In this document: one piece after another, positions 27,101 to 38,825 of the stretch | Position numbering within the stretch: position 1 is the stretch's first letter | Layout: every line of letters starts with the position of its first letter | NCBI GenBank assembly: GCA_002633005.1 | Contig: NMRA01000438.1 | Span: forward strand, 323,624-385,010 | Source of the DNA: Phoronis australis | Lineage: Eukaryota; Animalia; Phoronida | Length of the DNA: 61,387 nt | Reading direction: 5' to 3' | The notes under the pieces: model-generated | Databases searched by the model: none | What the model was told of the DNA's origin: nothing | The model's input: the letters and a program-made list of their open reading frames with translations, nothing else | Translations under genes and position numbers: made by a program

Positions 27101-30100
27101 TATTGAATGATTTCTATAATGTTCAATGAGTGTCGTGTATATCAATTGACTCTTGATCATGTTTATTGCTTGTCTTGTTAATTGACCCGTTTTATGTTGA
27201 GTGTGTGTCGTGCATGTTAAATGATTGTTATCATGTTGATTGTGTGTCATGTATATTAATTGACATGTTATCATGTGTATTATGTGTCCTGTATGTTAAC
27301 TGAATCTTCATCATGTTTCTTGTGTGTCTTGTTTATTACTTCGCCTGTTTTTATGTTGATTGCGTGTCGTGCATAATAATAATTTTTATGAAGTTCATTG
27401 TGTGTCATGTACATTAATTGACATTTTATCACGATTAATGCGTGTCGTGTATGTTATTTGACTTGTGTTCATTTTTACTATGTGTCAAGTATATTAAATA
27501 ACTTGTTATAATGTTCATTGTTTTTCGTGCATGCCATATTGATTGTATTTCTATCATGTTCATTGTGTGTCGTGTATATCAATTGACTCTTTATCATGTT
27601 TTTTGCTTGTCTTGTTTATTAATTGACCTGTTTTATGATAATTTCGTCGTGCATGTTAAGTGGTTGTTATCATGTTATTTTGTTTTGTGTATATTAATTG
27701 AGTTGTTATCATGTTTATTGCATGTCTTGTTTATTAACTGGCATGTTTTCTTGTTGATTGTTTGTCGTGCACATGAACAGACTTATCTTGCTTATTTTGT
27801 CCCGTTTAACTTAAATGACTTGTTATCATATTTATTGTGTGTCGTATATATTAATTTATTGCCATCGTGTTTGTGTGTCGTGTATATTAACTGACCAGTT
27901 TTCATGTTAATTTGTGTTGTGTTTTTATTTGACTTGTTACTATTTTTATTGTGTGTCTTTTATATAATTTGATTCGTTATCAAGTTCATTGTGTGTTGTT
28001 TTTATTGACTTTCTATCTTGTTAATTGTGTGCCGTGTATATCAATTAATGTTTCTCTATGAAACCACAGACGACAGCTGCCAGGACATGAAACAGATTAA
28101 ATATTTAATGGCCTAAATTGTCAGTGTTACCATGTATTTCTTTTCGTGAAAATTATTTGTCTTGTTATCATGTATATTGGGCGGTGAATTTAATTGATTT
28201 GCTATCATGTATATTGTGTTCCGCGTATATCAACTGACTGATTCCTTTTAAGGTTAAGAAGACTAGAGACGGCGGCCGCCAGGACATCGAATAGGTCAAG
28301 TATTCAATTAAATGAATTGTGCGTATTATCATGCATATTATGTGGCGTGTCTATTAATTGAATTGTTATCATGTTTACTGTCTTGTCGTGTACATTAATT
28401 GACTTACCATGTTTGATATGTGTCGTGTATATTAAATGACATTGTTATCATATATTTTGTGTGTTGTGTATATTGATTGACTTAGTCCTCTTTAAGTTTA
28501 AGAAGATCACAGAGGGCGGCCGCCAGGACATCAAATAGGTGAGGTATTCAATTAATTAAATTGTCAGTGTTCACATGTATATCATGTGTCGTGTCTATTA
28601 ATTCACTTGTTCTCATCTTTACTGTGTGTCGTGGATATTAATTGACTGGTTCATATGTTTATTGTATGTCCTGTTTATTATTTGACCCGTTTTTTGGTGA
28701 TTCTGTGTGGTGCACTTTAAATGACTTGTTATCATGTTTACTGTGTGTCGTGTATATTAATTGACTTGTTCACATATTTATTGTATGTCTTGTTTATTAA
28801 TTGAGGTGTTTTCTTGTTTAATGTGTGTCGTTCACGTTAAATGACTTGTTATCATGTTTACTTTGTCTGTAAAACTTAATTGACTCGTTATTATGTTTAT
28901 TGAGTGTCGTGTACATTAATTGACTTGTTAACATGTTTAATGTGTGCCGTGTATATCAATTTGCTTGTTATCGTGTTTATTGTGTGTCGTGTATATCATT
29001 TGACTTGTTATAATGTTAATTTTGTGTGGTGTTTATTAATTGACTTATCATGTTAATTTAGTGAATATTAATTGACCTTTCAGTATATTTATTGTGTGTT
29101 NGGCCACTGCGACATAAAATAGTCCAAGATGTAGGGAAAACATTTTCCCGCCGGTGAATGGTGCAAAATCAAAAATAAAGAAAATGTAATTTATTGTAAA
29201 ATTTACGTCGTGCATGGAATAGCGTAAGTAGTGTTTTGTCGACTTTGTAATTCTCCCTGAAGGTTTGAGGGGAGCTTTGTACTCATGTGGTCACATTCCT
29301 AGACAAGATTTCAAGGATAGTATATCTTTTGTATTGCGCACGTGTTTTGTCACCTCAGAAACAGGTATTCTGCGCCTATAAATTCAATATCAGTCAAAAC
29401 GAATAAGTTCTAGGTTTAACCTGTTTAGCTCTCACTTCACTAAACTGAAAAAAACATTGGGTCAGGTTTGACAGTATTTATGCCTGGAAAGCCTTCAAAA
29501 ATCTAACTCTCCCTTTTGAAACATTACGAAATACATTCGAAGATAAAATTGTCTTTATATTTCTGCAAATCTGCTTTGTGTCAGATTCTTACCGTGACCT
29601 TTTTGCAGTACGTGTAGTAATAAATGGAGGTGGGTGATTGTTAAGTTACGTAAAGTTGCTGAATTCGGGTTTCTTTGGAAAAAATGGAAACATTACTAAA
29701 AGGTCGGGTGTAACTCAGTCCTCTAACAATAATAGAGGAAAAACATAACCCGTCTTAAGAAAAGCCGTTGCCAGAGAACGGCTTTTAAATTTTTTCTTAC
29801 ACAAAACTGAAGTGGTAAACAACAAAGGACGCAGCAACTTTAAATCAAAATTTTGATACTCACGTTTGAGCACATTGGCTCTCTTCTAAAACAGTTGAAA
29901 TGCAAACTAACTATTGAACAATCACCCGGGGTCATGATGCAAGGTAGCAGGCAAGTCTTTGACATGAGGTTCTGGGTTCAAGTCCCAGTGACCCCTACAT
30001 TCCGATAGAAAGTTTGCTGTCAACATCCAGAGTTTGTTTTGAATACTAAGCTGAAGACACAAGTCTATTATATGCCACTGGATAATCTGTAATACTATCT

Positions 30101-33100
30101 TTTTCGTATGTTTGTCAAAATTAGACTCTGAATGGAAACTTCCTTGCTTGATACGACTGATTTTCCACATATGCTTTATTTATCTCTTCCAGCAGAATTG
30201 GTTTAGCCAGTAAACGAGACTTGGAACTGACTCCGAATGGCCTTCCCCTGTGCTTAAAGGTGGCTTACGGTGAAAACGCCAAAAACTAATCTCTCAGCCA
30301 AAGAACAAGCAAAGACCCACAATAATTCTCACATTCGTTGATGCGGAATTTGTTAATGTTATTTTGAAATTGTGCCAGTCAACTAGTGTATTTTTGTAAA
30401 TAACTGGACTGTGCTTTCGTGGGCCAGGAAACGAAAAAATACGTTATTTTTCACATTATATAATTTACTAAAATTTTCATATCAAACTTGTGTTGGTTCG
30501 TTTGGTAAACTTATCCACGCCGATGCGTATTGTTTTTTTTCAATAGTTCTGCTATGTGCTTCTGTGTCTATACAGGTTATTTAGTTAATTTTCTATTGTA
30601 TTTTGCCATACTATTAGCTCCTATGATCAGAAACTTTATGTTGGAATGGTTCGACGAACATTTTGACGTGGCTGTCATTCGTTATGCAATTTTTATAACC
30701 CTATTAGAAATCTCTTACGTTTTCATGCCATATCACATTTTTCCTTTTTTGTGCTTATTTTTATTTTCATTTATTATACGGAACAAGATTTGTCTTTCAT
30801 GATCATATTTACGCCCATGCACCTATTTTTGAAAATTTGTTTTCAAAGAAAAGATTTCATTCGAGTGTTAAAGTACTGAGGTGTGCTGCTAAGTGTGTCT
30901 GACAACTCACATATTGTAGGAGGCTATTCCCTGTAAGCGTACATGTATATGGCCTTGTCGTTGTTAAAAGATTATCAGTGATTTCAATTAATTTACTCAT
31001 TTTCTGGCTAGTTTACGTTTTCTACTTCACTTTACTTATTAAGAAATTGATTAATGAATGACGTATTTATAAAAGAATATCACACGAGCAACTATAATGT
31101 TGCCGTGAATAACTTGCTGTAGCCAAAAATCACACCGCGCATCAAGCAATCTGTGCGGGGTTGCGTTCTACAAATACAAGAATCTTGCAAAAACGCAAGA
31201 TCACTCTAGAGTTCACGAGATATCGTCAAAGTTTACTAGATACCCACTTGATCACATTGAATCTTTTCTTGCAAAGGTCTTGGGTCTGTACTGGGAACCG
31301 ACATTAGTTCCTGAGTCTACGATCACAAAACACGTAAATCCGACGCCACCTTAACTCCCATTGAAGACTCGTCGCCAAATCTTGGCACCATCTTATATTC
31401 GAAATCTTGGAAAAACCTGTCTCGATGTGCGATAACTTATAAAACGTGTATTTGTTATGAAAATTGCAATTGTTTATATGAATATTAATAAAATTGCTGT
31501 TGAGTTTGTGATTATTGTTATTTTATCGTTGTTATTGAGCCTAATCGCATAAGCCTCAAGGGAAACGGTGACGAAGTCTACATGCGGGGATAATTTGTAT
31601 TTTCTTGGGTACGTAATGGGTAGCCGTTTATGGTTGAAAGTATGTATAAAAATGGCAGCCCTGCCAAGAGAGCTCTATTCTATGGTTCTCCATGATGTAT
31701 CCTGCATATGAATGTATAAAGTCACAATCATGCCCGCTATGACACCGTTTTAATACTGATTGTGACATTGTTAACAACTGCAATTACATGTTATATATTT
31801 TATTTTAAGACTCTGTTCCCCACTCATTTTAGTAAGTGGCGTCAAAAGATAAAATTTCACCATATGTCGATAATATTCGCTAAGATGGTTGTCTTCTTTC
31901 AAAAGGAACGAATGTTGCCGTACAATTTCATTTTTACACTTTAAGTGTACGAGTAGAATACAAGCACTAGGGGGGTTGCAATTTGCAAATATAATCAGTG
32001 ACTGAAGTTTTTGATTGGCAAAACTGATCCTACGGTTCAAGTCAGACGAGGCTAACAAACCAAAGAGTGAAACGCTCATCGACGTGACAAAATACCTTGT
32101 CAACTCGACACGAAACCCGTCTGTAAATACGTACAGACAAATTCGACAATGTATTTAATCCTTAGAACACAGTTTCGCTCAAATTTTAGAAATTAAGATA
32201 GAACTTGTCGTAGTTGCAAGGCCTAAATGAACCTATGTACAATGCAAGTTCCTAACCAAAACGGAAAAGTCATGGCGAGTGTCTATCACCTATACAACCA
32301 AAGAATGTCCGTGTATTTGGGAGGCGCTACCCCCAACAAACTTACAACCAAGCCATGTAAAGACGCGTATCACTTAAGTCCTCATATCCGTGAAGTAGAC
32401 GAATGCAACACTATTTTAAGCCAAGCAATATCGCTGTTGACGTGGTCATGCAAACAGTTAATGCACTTGGTATTCTCAAAACCAGTCATTTCAAATATCA
32501 ATTCTTACTCGTTCAAACTTCAAAGGCATTTATTTCCATTTAAAAATCCTACAAAGTGTCCAAATTGACCTGATAATGTAAATGAAATGAAAGAAAACAA
32601 GAGGGTTACATGTACATATTTTGTATTTCCTAAAACTTGAACTCAACTGACTCACTCAGTGAGCAATGGTCATCGGGTTCAGTTTCCATAATGACCGCGT
32701 AACACATCCAGAAAACATCTTGTTTTCATTTGAAAGAGATTAGACTTGTTTTCTATAACAATTTAAAGAAGAATTCTTGCTCAAAATTTTGTTCAAATGG
32801 CCTGTAAACTCTGCTCCAAAATAGACCGTTTTTCAAGACTAAAATGTAAAGAAAAGGCAAGATTTTTCTTTGCTCACTCATCAAGATTGACTCTTTAACT
32901 GTATGTTCTAAAAGTTACACAAGGCTGCAAGGTGCAATATGGCGGTAAGAAGGTCACAAAAACGGCCACTAAAAACTAGCCACATAAACAGGTCTGTGCA
33001 TTATCTTCCCCTGTCTAGCACAAAGCTGTCAGACTTTAAAAATGGCACAAAATTAAGCACAGTATACTTTGGTTATTCCTGCTCCAAAGTACAAATTTCA

Positions 33101-33655
33101 ATATATTTTCTAAATTACTTATTTGTATTGGTGAAAATATTCACTAATATGCCCAATTGTACCAATATGAGGTCTCCAGCCGCGAAATTAAGGGTCATTG
33201 AGTGCACAAATTTGGCATTTAGGTTTTTGTTAGGATGCCTAGCCATGTATAAAAATGAAGTTGTTTTGAATTTTGATGTATAGACTGAGTTTCGAAAATA
33301 TACTGGTTTTATATGGACTGCCTCTTACAAATGACTCGGCTATTGCAAAACTGTTAAAAATTGCCGCTCGCTGTTGCTCGAGGCCATCTTCGACGATATA
33401 CATGTGAAATGGTTGATCGGTTCAAATGAACTTCTTCAAGGTGGTCTCAAGCTATATGGTTTAGGAGCACATATCTGTCCAAAGCCCAGGCTCGCTTCCA
33501 CTTGAAGTAAAGTACTCACTGAGATTGTTTTCAAAGAAAGCGTTGAAGATTCCTTACCTGCGTCCTATTTAGTTTTGAAAAGCAAACTCACCTGCGTAGG
33601 ACCCTGGATGATATGAGGTAAATAGTGAAATAATTAATATCACTGTGATTCTCAT
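8171..33655 (-). CDS. Gene B: MAM(+ShKT)-mucin single-pass membrane protein, ~552 aa; exons 33655-33592, 15745-15614, 14074-13934, 12876-12736, 11770-11619, 9199-8171
   Basis: Canonical splice sites with phases 1,1,1,1,0; the 1659 nt total is divisible by 3. Order: signal peptide, MAM motifs ([45 protein letters not shown]), PT-rich stalk, TM LIVGIVLGTFSFLLILALVVWCLL, RRRKK. Linking the first exon across a 17.8-kb intron is inferred. Confidence 0.8.
8770..9065 (-). repeat. Coding 21-bp tandem repeat encoding T(D/E/N)PPTTV heptads (mucin-like)
   Basis: About a dozen degenerate heptads are visible in the translation. Confidence 0.9.
9605..9980. mobile_element. MITE with imperfect terminal inverted repeats
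   Basis: gtctacacagacttaccccagaacaag at the left vs gttgttctagggtaggctgtgtgtggac at the right. Confidence 0.5.
11619..11770 (-). CDS. Gene B MAM exon 3
   Basis: ctccag|CT CCT...PPETAGRLKVYVKPQGVAISDVTPLVTKVGNKNKTWHREYIRLPTAYDFQ|gtaaat. Confidence 0.88.
12024..12195. repeat. ~44-bp minisatellite, ~4 copies
   Basis: Recurring gaat(a/g)tacg..ta.ttaaacc.tatactattatc..gtatctat. Confidence 0.75.
12736..12876 (-). CDS. Gene B ShKT-domain exon (phase 1-1, 141 nt)
   Basis: gtcag|GG TTA...CVDTIQNCKAYGTGSCEEYAGWASTNCPQFCGFCKQ G|gttaac; six Cys ending in CxxxCxxC, typical of ShKT. Confidence 0.8.
13934..14074 (-). CDS. Gene B MAM exon 2
   Basis: atatag|GT CAT...[46 protein letters not shown] A|gtgagt. 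Confidence 0.9.
15614..15745 (-). CDS. Gene B MAM exon 1
   Basis: ttttag|AA TCG...[43 protein letters not shown] G|gtaagc. Confidence 0.92.
16985..18265. repeat. R1 repeat family, tandem copies (period ~803 bp)
   Basis: cacaaactgagcca at 16985 and 17788; shared gtacccatttggtac motifs and gtgaccctgaaattc..aatac ends. Confidence 0.85.
21391..22061. mobile_element. Foldback MITE with ~240-bp TIRs and an 8-bp TSD (P-element-like ends)
   Basis: TSD GCTAAAGT at 21383-21390 and 22062-22069; termini CACAGG...CCTGTG; arms 21391-21634 and 21831-22061 are reverse complements. Confidence 0.9.
23512..23745 (-). pseudogene. Degenerate THAP zinc-finger gene (transposon-derived)
   Basis: [30 protein letters not shown] / RNIVRAGSKGRFIEFFPTSWHKVCSAHF / GKKTYLGNCPTIFP: a C2CH signature plus PTIF box, with one stop and two frameshifts. 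Confidence 0.8.
24250..29100. repeat. 40-bp T/G-rich satellite array (~4.85 kb), ending at a scaffold N
   Basis: Unit tttgacttgttatcatgtttactgtgtgtcttgtatatta; identical copies at 25141-25320, diverged elsewhere. Confidence 0.95.
29922..29996 (+). mobile_element. tRNA-derived SINE head (degenerate)
   Basis: A-box-like tgatgcaagg and B-box ggttcaagtccc at tRNA-like spacing; no intact cloverleaf. Confidence 0.4.
33592..33655 (-). CDS. Signal-peptide exon, most likely gene B exon 1
   Basis: gcaATG MRITVILIISLFTSYHPGSYA G|gtgagt: hydrophobic core, small residues at -3/-1 and a phase-1 strong donor. Confidence 0.65.
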
Positions 33656-33882
33656 TGCTTTCCACTGTTCATCCGCGACAATTCATATGCATTAAACAAG
33701 ACACGGAACACTCGGTGACAGCAATATTACCTTTCGGGAAGCAACGCGGTTATCAACAAACGCTAATGGATGTTAATCTCTCTGTTTCCAAACAATGATA
33801 TTTAAAGACAAGTTGCCCAACTTCGTTTTTCTCTAATCTCTAGTAGCGAGTAATAAACACTTGTTCTGCGGAGGTCGGATTC

Positions 33883-33890
33883 TGACGTCA
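33883..33890. promoter_or_regulatory. CRE palindrome TGACGTCA ~230 bp upstream of the gene B ATG
   Basis: Exact CRE consensus in the putative promoter; motif only, function untested. Confidence 0.25.
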
Positions 33891-34454
33891 TATGTAAAAG
33901 GGCTTCTGATAGAAAGGCGCCTTTGTTGCGTGTCCTTCTTGTGAGATCACGCAAGTCTCCGCTAGATGTTATTACCCAACCAAGCAATCTCGCTACCATT
34001 CACTTGCGAGGATCTTGCGTAAAGCAATGAGCTTCTGGTTTCTTTAAGACAGCCACGTAATATCATGACCTGATAATTACTTTTTAAGATTGCCCCAGTC
34101 CTCAAAACTTGCGACAGTTTGGACACAACTTCGAAGCATAGACTCCTGCAAGTTTGTGTTGACACGAGACAATTTTGGTTAGTGAGTGAACGAACTGCAG
34201 TAACTCTCAAAGTGTGAAAAGGTTTACAAAGCTTCGATGCACAAATCTTCATAAATTTCGTTCCTATAGTTTCTAGTGTTTTAAATAATTAATTAGTCAA
34301 TAAAATTTGGCGTGCGCAAACTTAAGCAATCCGCGTCGGCATCGTTTCCGACACAATGGTGATTGTTTTGCTATTCCTGTGTCATCACAGCAGGAACAGA
34401 CAAACCAACAAACAAACTGACAGGCAGTCAGACATTCAGATTAAAAACAAAATA

Positions 34455-34910
34455 ATCACGTTCCTTACAATATATCCTTTTATCACTCCGGCTGGTCTGC
34501 TCACTCAGCTTGTCTGTAACCTGATTTGCCAGGTAGTTATACATGTAGCCCAGTTGGCTGTTTGGTGTACCCACTTGATACTACATGTATATCTGATATT
34601 TGCCAATTTGGCAGTTTGTACCTACTTGGTACTTATTATTGAATTTGCCGTTTTGCTCGACCCACTTGGTAGGCAATCGACCAATACCCATTTAGTATTA
34701 TGTACCCATACGGTACTTTACTAACCTGTGCAACATAGTAACCGACACTAAATTACACATTGGGTATCGAAATTGCGTGTGTTATCTCTTGCAATTAAGG
34801 TACCCATCTGGTACCTTCTGTGAAATACTTTTTGTAGAGCTGTGACCCTGAAATTCCCAATACAACTTCAAATATATATTATTCTTGTGTTGTTTCATTT
34901 GTCCCCAATA
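34455..34910. repeat. R1 repeat copy
   Basis: Colinear with 16985-17420. Confidence 0.85.
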
Positions 34911-36609
34911 ATGCACTTATACACGGACAGATAGAGAGTAATACAGTTGTGTATAGGCCAGCACTTCAACAGGACACTGCAACAGATGACTGGTCAGATT
35001 AGACAGTTTCTTATAATATGCTCGGTTGATTATACGGTGATTTCAAAGTCGTCGTTTTTCCATTGGAATCTTGTTACCTATTTTCCAGCTCATCATTCAA
35101 ACTCCTGGCGTGATTGAGCAACTAGTAAAACAACATGACAGAATGAAAGCTTACCAACTAGTCCATACGTCAAAGGTATGCGTTTGAGTGTTTTAAATCG
35201 TGTTTTCTTATGTTGTTGACACTTTGCTAAGACAACCCAAAAGCGACCGTTGTGTGACTGATGAACAGAGCTCTCCCAAATTGTAACCCATTTTACGTTT
35301 GTTGATTCGCTACCTCTCCTGGAAGTTCGTCAAGTGATAGCAGATTTACAGATTGATTGACACACGATCGAAAGCCCAAAAGTTCTTCCGTGGATCATGT
35401 GCTTAGCCTGTCCAGTTTTTTTCTTAGTTTAGACGTAATGTAAAAATTGTCAACTTTCACTCTATGCCAATGTGATAGTGGTCGACTGAAGTTGAACAAT
35501 AATATTCTTCACGTATTCGAAACCAGTCTCTGGTCAAACAAGCGGTTTGAATGTGTTTAAGTGATTAAAACACTGGGTGACTATTAAAAGAATTACGGTG
35601 CTTGTTGGTAGCGATTCTTGGCGATAATGTTTCGTATAATTTATAAACAAACTAATACAGTCGAATCTCGTTTCAGCCATCATCCTATGTTGTTTAGAAC
35701 GTTCGTTGTGATAAAACACTCGCTGTAACCACACCGAGGAAGTAAAATTAAAAGCCGTAGATTACCACTGCACTTGGCGAAATAGGACGGTCCCTGGAAT
35801 TACGTAGAGACAGTAACTTGAATCTCGCTGTATTTACCCACAATGCTGCAAAGTCCTTGAAGCAGTTCTCTTGCTTCCTATTCGCGACATTGAACTTTCT
35901 AACGTTCTTTGTTTGTGCCTTACTTTTCCATTTTCCCGACTCCAATAACGGTATTCCATCTTTCAATGCCAGCGAAGTTTTCCTTGTGCTGTGTGCTGCA
36001 ATTCCGACGCTGGCAAGAAAGGTAACGGCAAACTCGAGAAATACCAATGGATGGGAATTGGTGTTCAGTCCGACATTTTTAAAACGAGGCTTTTTCTTAC
36101 CTCTAGGACAAATGAGATTTATATTCGGGGACGTCCTATAACGTACATAAGCTGTACGTATGCATTAACATTCGCTAGTCTGATGCACACGAGTTTATCT
36201 CGGACACAGTAGACACGGTAGTCATACCATAGGCCCTGGGAGCTTTTCGACGATTTATGCTTGACACTGATTAAACCATTAAAGTCATGTTATTATAAGA
36301 ACTTTGTGCGCAAAAGGGACACCTCAGGAGGCCGTTGTTGTCTTAACTCTTCCCACAAATACTCCTACAATCGAACATATTTCAAACTGTTCAAATCGGA
36401 AACTGGCCATCTGTACAATGCTCCCGCCACGGAATATGACTGGGGTCAGTTGAGACGGTGATACAGGTTGTTTAGGACACATTGAGACGTGCGGTTTCGA
36501 TATTCTCATCGTAAACATTCGGGTTAACGTCCAAGCTCATGTAATTGTGTACCCCTACTTCTGAGTTTTTCGGATTAATCTTCTACTGCTCGGCTAAGCA
36601 CCCGCTCTA

Positions 36610-36867
36610 ATTAGTACCCATTTGGTACTTGTTATTGAATTTTCTATTTTGCTCGACCCACTTGATAGGCAATGGGCCAATACCCATTTTGTATAATGTA
36701 CCCATTCGGTACTATGCTAACCTGTGCCACTTAGTATCCGATACTCAGTTACACACATTGGGTATCGTAAAAGTGTGTGTTATCTCAATGTATATAAAGG
36801 AACCCATCATGTTCCTTCTGTGAAATATTCATTTGTAGAGCTGTGACCCTGAAATTCCCAATACAAC

Positions 36868-36920
<53 letters not shown>

Positions 36921-37785
36921 ATTATTATTCTTGTTGTTTTATTTGTCCCCAATAATGAGATTTATGGCACTCTGACATAAATCCTATTATTTGGGCAAAT
37001 ACCATTATACAGCCCTTCATGCTTCATATCTAACTCCTAGTTAGTTCCTACCTAGTCCGATGGTAGCACTGCTTGTTCTTTCTCTCCAGCTTCCCGTTGG
37101 CACAGCCTTACGCAACAGTACATTCACTCGTAAGTTATCCCAATTAGACAATTTGACACCTCTCTCACCCTCCCTACCCTGGGTTGCACAAAATCTCAAT
37201 TCAACCGATTTCTACCTTTCCCATCCTCCCTACATTTTGTCGAACAAAATCTGCTGTTGGTTATTGTTGTTATTGTTGTCACTTCTGGTACCTCCTTAAA
37301 GCCCAGAGCGTGTTACCCTCAAGCAAGGAAATACATCATTGGCTAGCGACCAGACCTGTACTCGAGCGTCCCTCACTGCAGCTTGCCTCTCTCCACCCCG
37401 GTCCCAACTCTCTGCACATATTAAGCGAAAACACCACGTTCCTTACAATGCCTTTTTATCACTACGGCTGGTCTGCTCACTCAGCTTGTCCGGAACAGGC
37501 TTTGAAGGTTATTATACCCAAGTTGGCTGTTTGGTGTACCCACTTGGTACTTTACATGATATTTACCCATTTGGCAGTTTGTACCCATTTGGTACTTGTT
37601 ATTGAACTTGTCGTTAGGCTTGACCCTCTTGGTAGACAATCGGCCAATACCCATTTGGTATAATGTACCCATTTGGTAGTATGCTAACCTTTTGCCACTC
37701 AGTATCCAATACTCAATTACACATTGGGTATCGTAAAAGTGTGTGTTATCTCTTGTAATTAAGGAACCCATCTGGTTCCTTCTTA
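36610..37785. repeat. R1 repeat, tandem copies containing a (TA)n microsatellite at ~36871-36917
   Basis: gtacccatttggtacttgttattgaa at 36614 and 37581; matches 17100-18150. Confidence 0.85.
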
Positions 37786-38399
37786 GTCCGGTCCCTTAGC
37801 AGCCAAAAACCCCAAAACATTTACTCCCCGGATTAAAGCACCAAAGTTTGTACACAGATACTTTGGGACACGCTGAATCTCATGAGGGTCGGTTGCCCGA
37901 AATTTGGGGTCAAGGTCAAGGTCAAATCAAGGTCAAAGGTCACGTAGGTATTTTTTTTGAAATGACTTGACACAAAGTATCTGCTTCATTACTGTTTCAT
38001 GTGATAAGCAGGATACTTTATTTTGATTTCAAATTAATGTTGATAACTTCTAAAAAACAAGTTAAAAGCATAAAAGTAATTTTCCTGACACTTAAGATGG
38101 TAATTATCATAATTAATAGAGCATATATATTTTCAATGGAAATTAAGTCTATTTGTTTTCTCTAGCTGAGAAAAACTGTCAAACTAGTATGAATATATGC
38201 ATTAAGTCAACTCTAGAATGTTAAACCTTTTACAGAAATTCATTTTTAAATGTCTTTGTCAAAATATTTATAATTAATTATGTAACAAATCGTCTCTGTA
38301 ATTAAAGGAAATCGGACATCTTGCTAAAATTTCAAAGAACAATTGCTGGTTACTTTGTTAATTAATGTGTTTATATTTTAGTTTGAACTTGATTNTGTC

Positions 38400-38825
38400 T
38401 TTTTTATCACTACGGCTGGTCTGCTCACTCAGCTTGTCCGGAACAGGCTTTGAAGGTTATTATATCCAAGTTGGATGTTTGGTGTACTCACTTGGTGCTT
38501 TACATGATATTTACCCATTTGGCAGTTTGTACCCATTTGGTACTTGTTATTGAATTTGTCGTTTGGCTTGACCCTCTTAGTAGGCAATCGGCCAATACCC
38601 ATTTGGTATAATGTACCCATTTGGTAGTATGCTAACCTTTTGCCACTCAGTATCCGACACTCAATTACACATTGGGTATCGTAAAAGTGTGTGTTATCTC
38701 TTGTAGTTAAGGAACCCATCTGGTTCCTTCTGTGAAATATTCATTTGTAGAGCTGTGACCCTGAAACTCCCAATACAACTTAAAATATATATTATTCTTG
38801 TTGTTTTATTTGTCCCCAATAATTA
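38400..38825. repeat. R1 repeat copy immediately after the N join
   Basis: Near-identical to 37453-37780; may be a haplotype duplicate. Confidence 0.8.

Noticed and set aside
24250-29100. CRISPR-like periodicity and hydrophobic ORFs in the array
   Set aside because: Head-to-tail satellite with no unique spacers in a eukaryotic context; the ORFs are by-products of T-rich composition.
34950-36600. Coding-looking 1.7-kb segment between R1 copies
   Set aside because: Multiple stops in all frames and no recognisable motif; could not be assigned.
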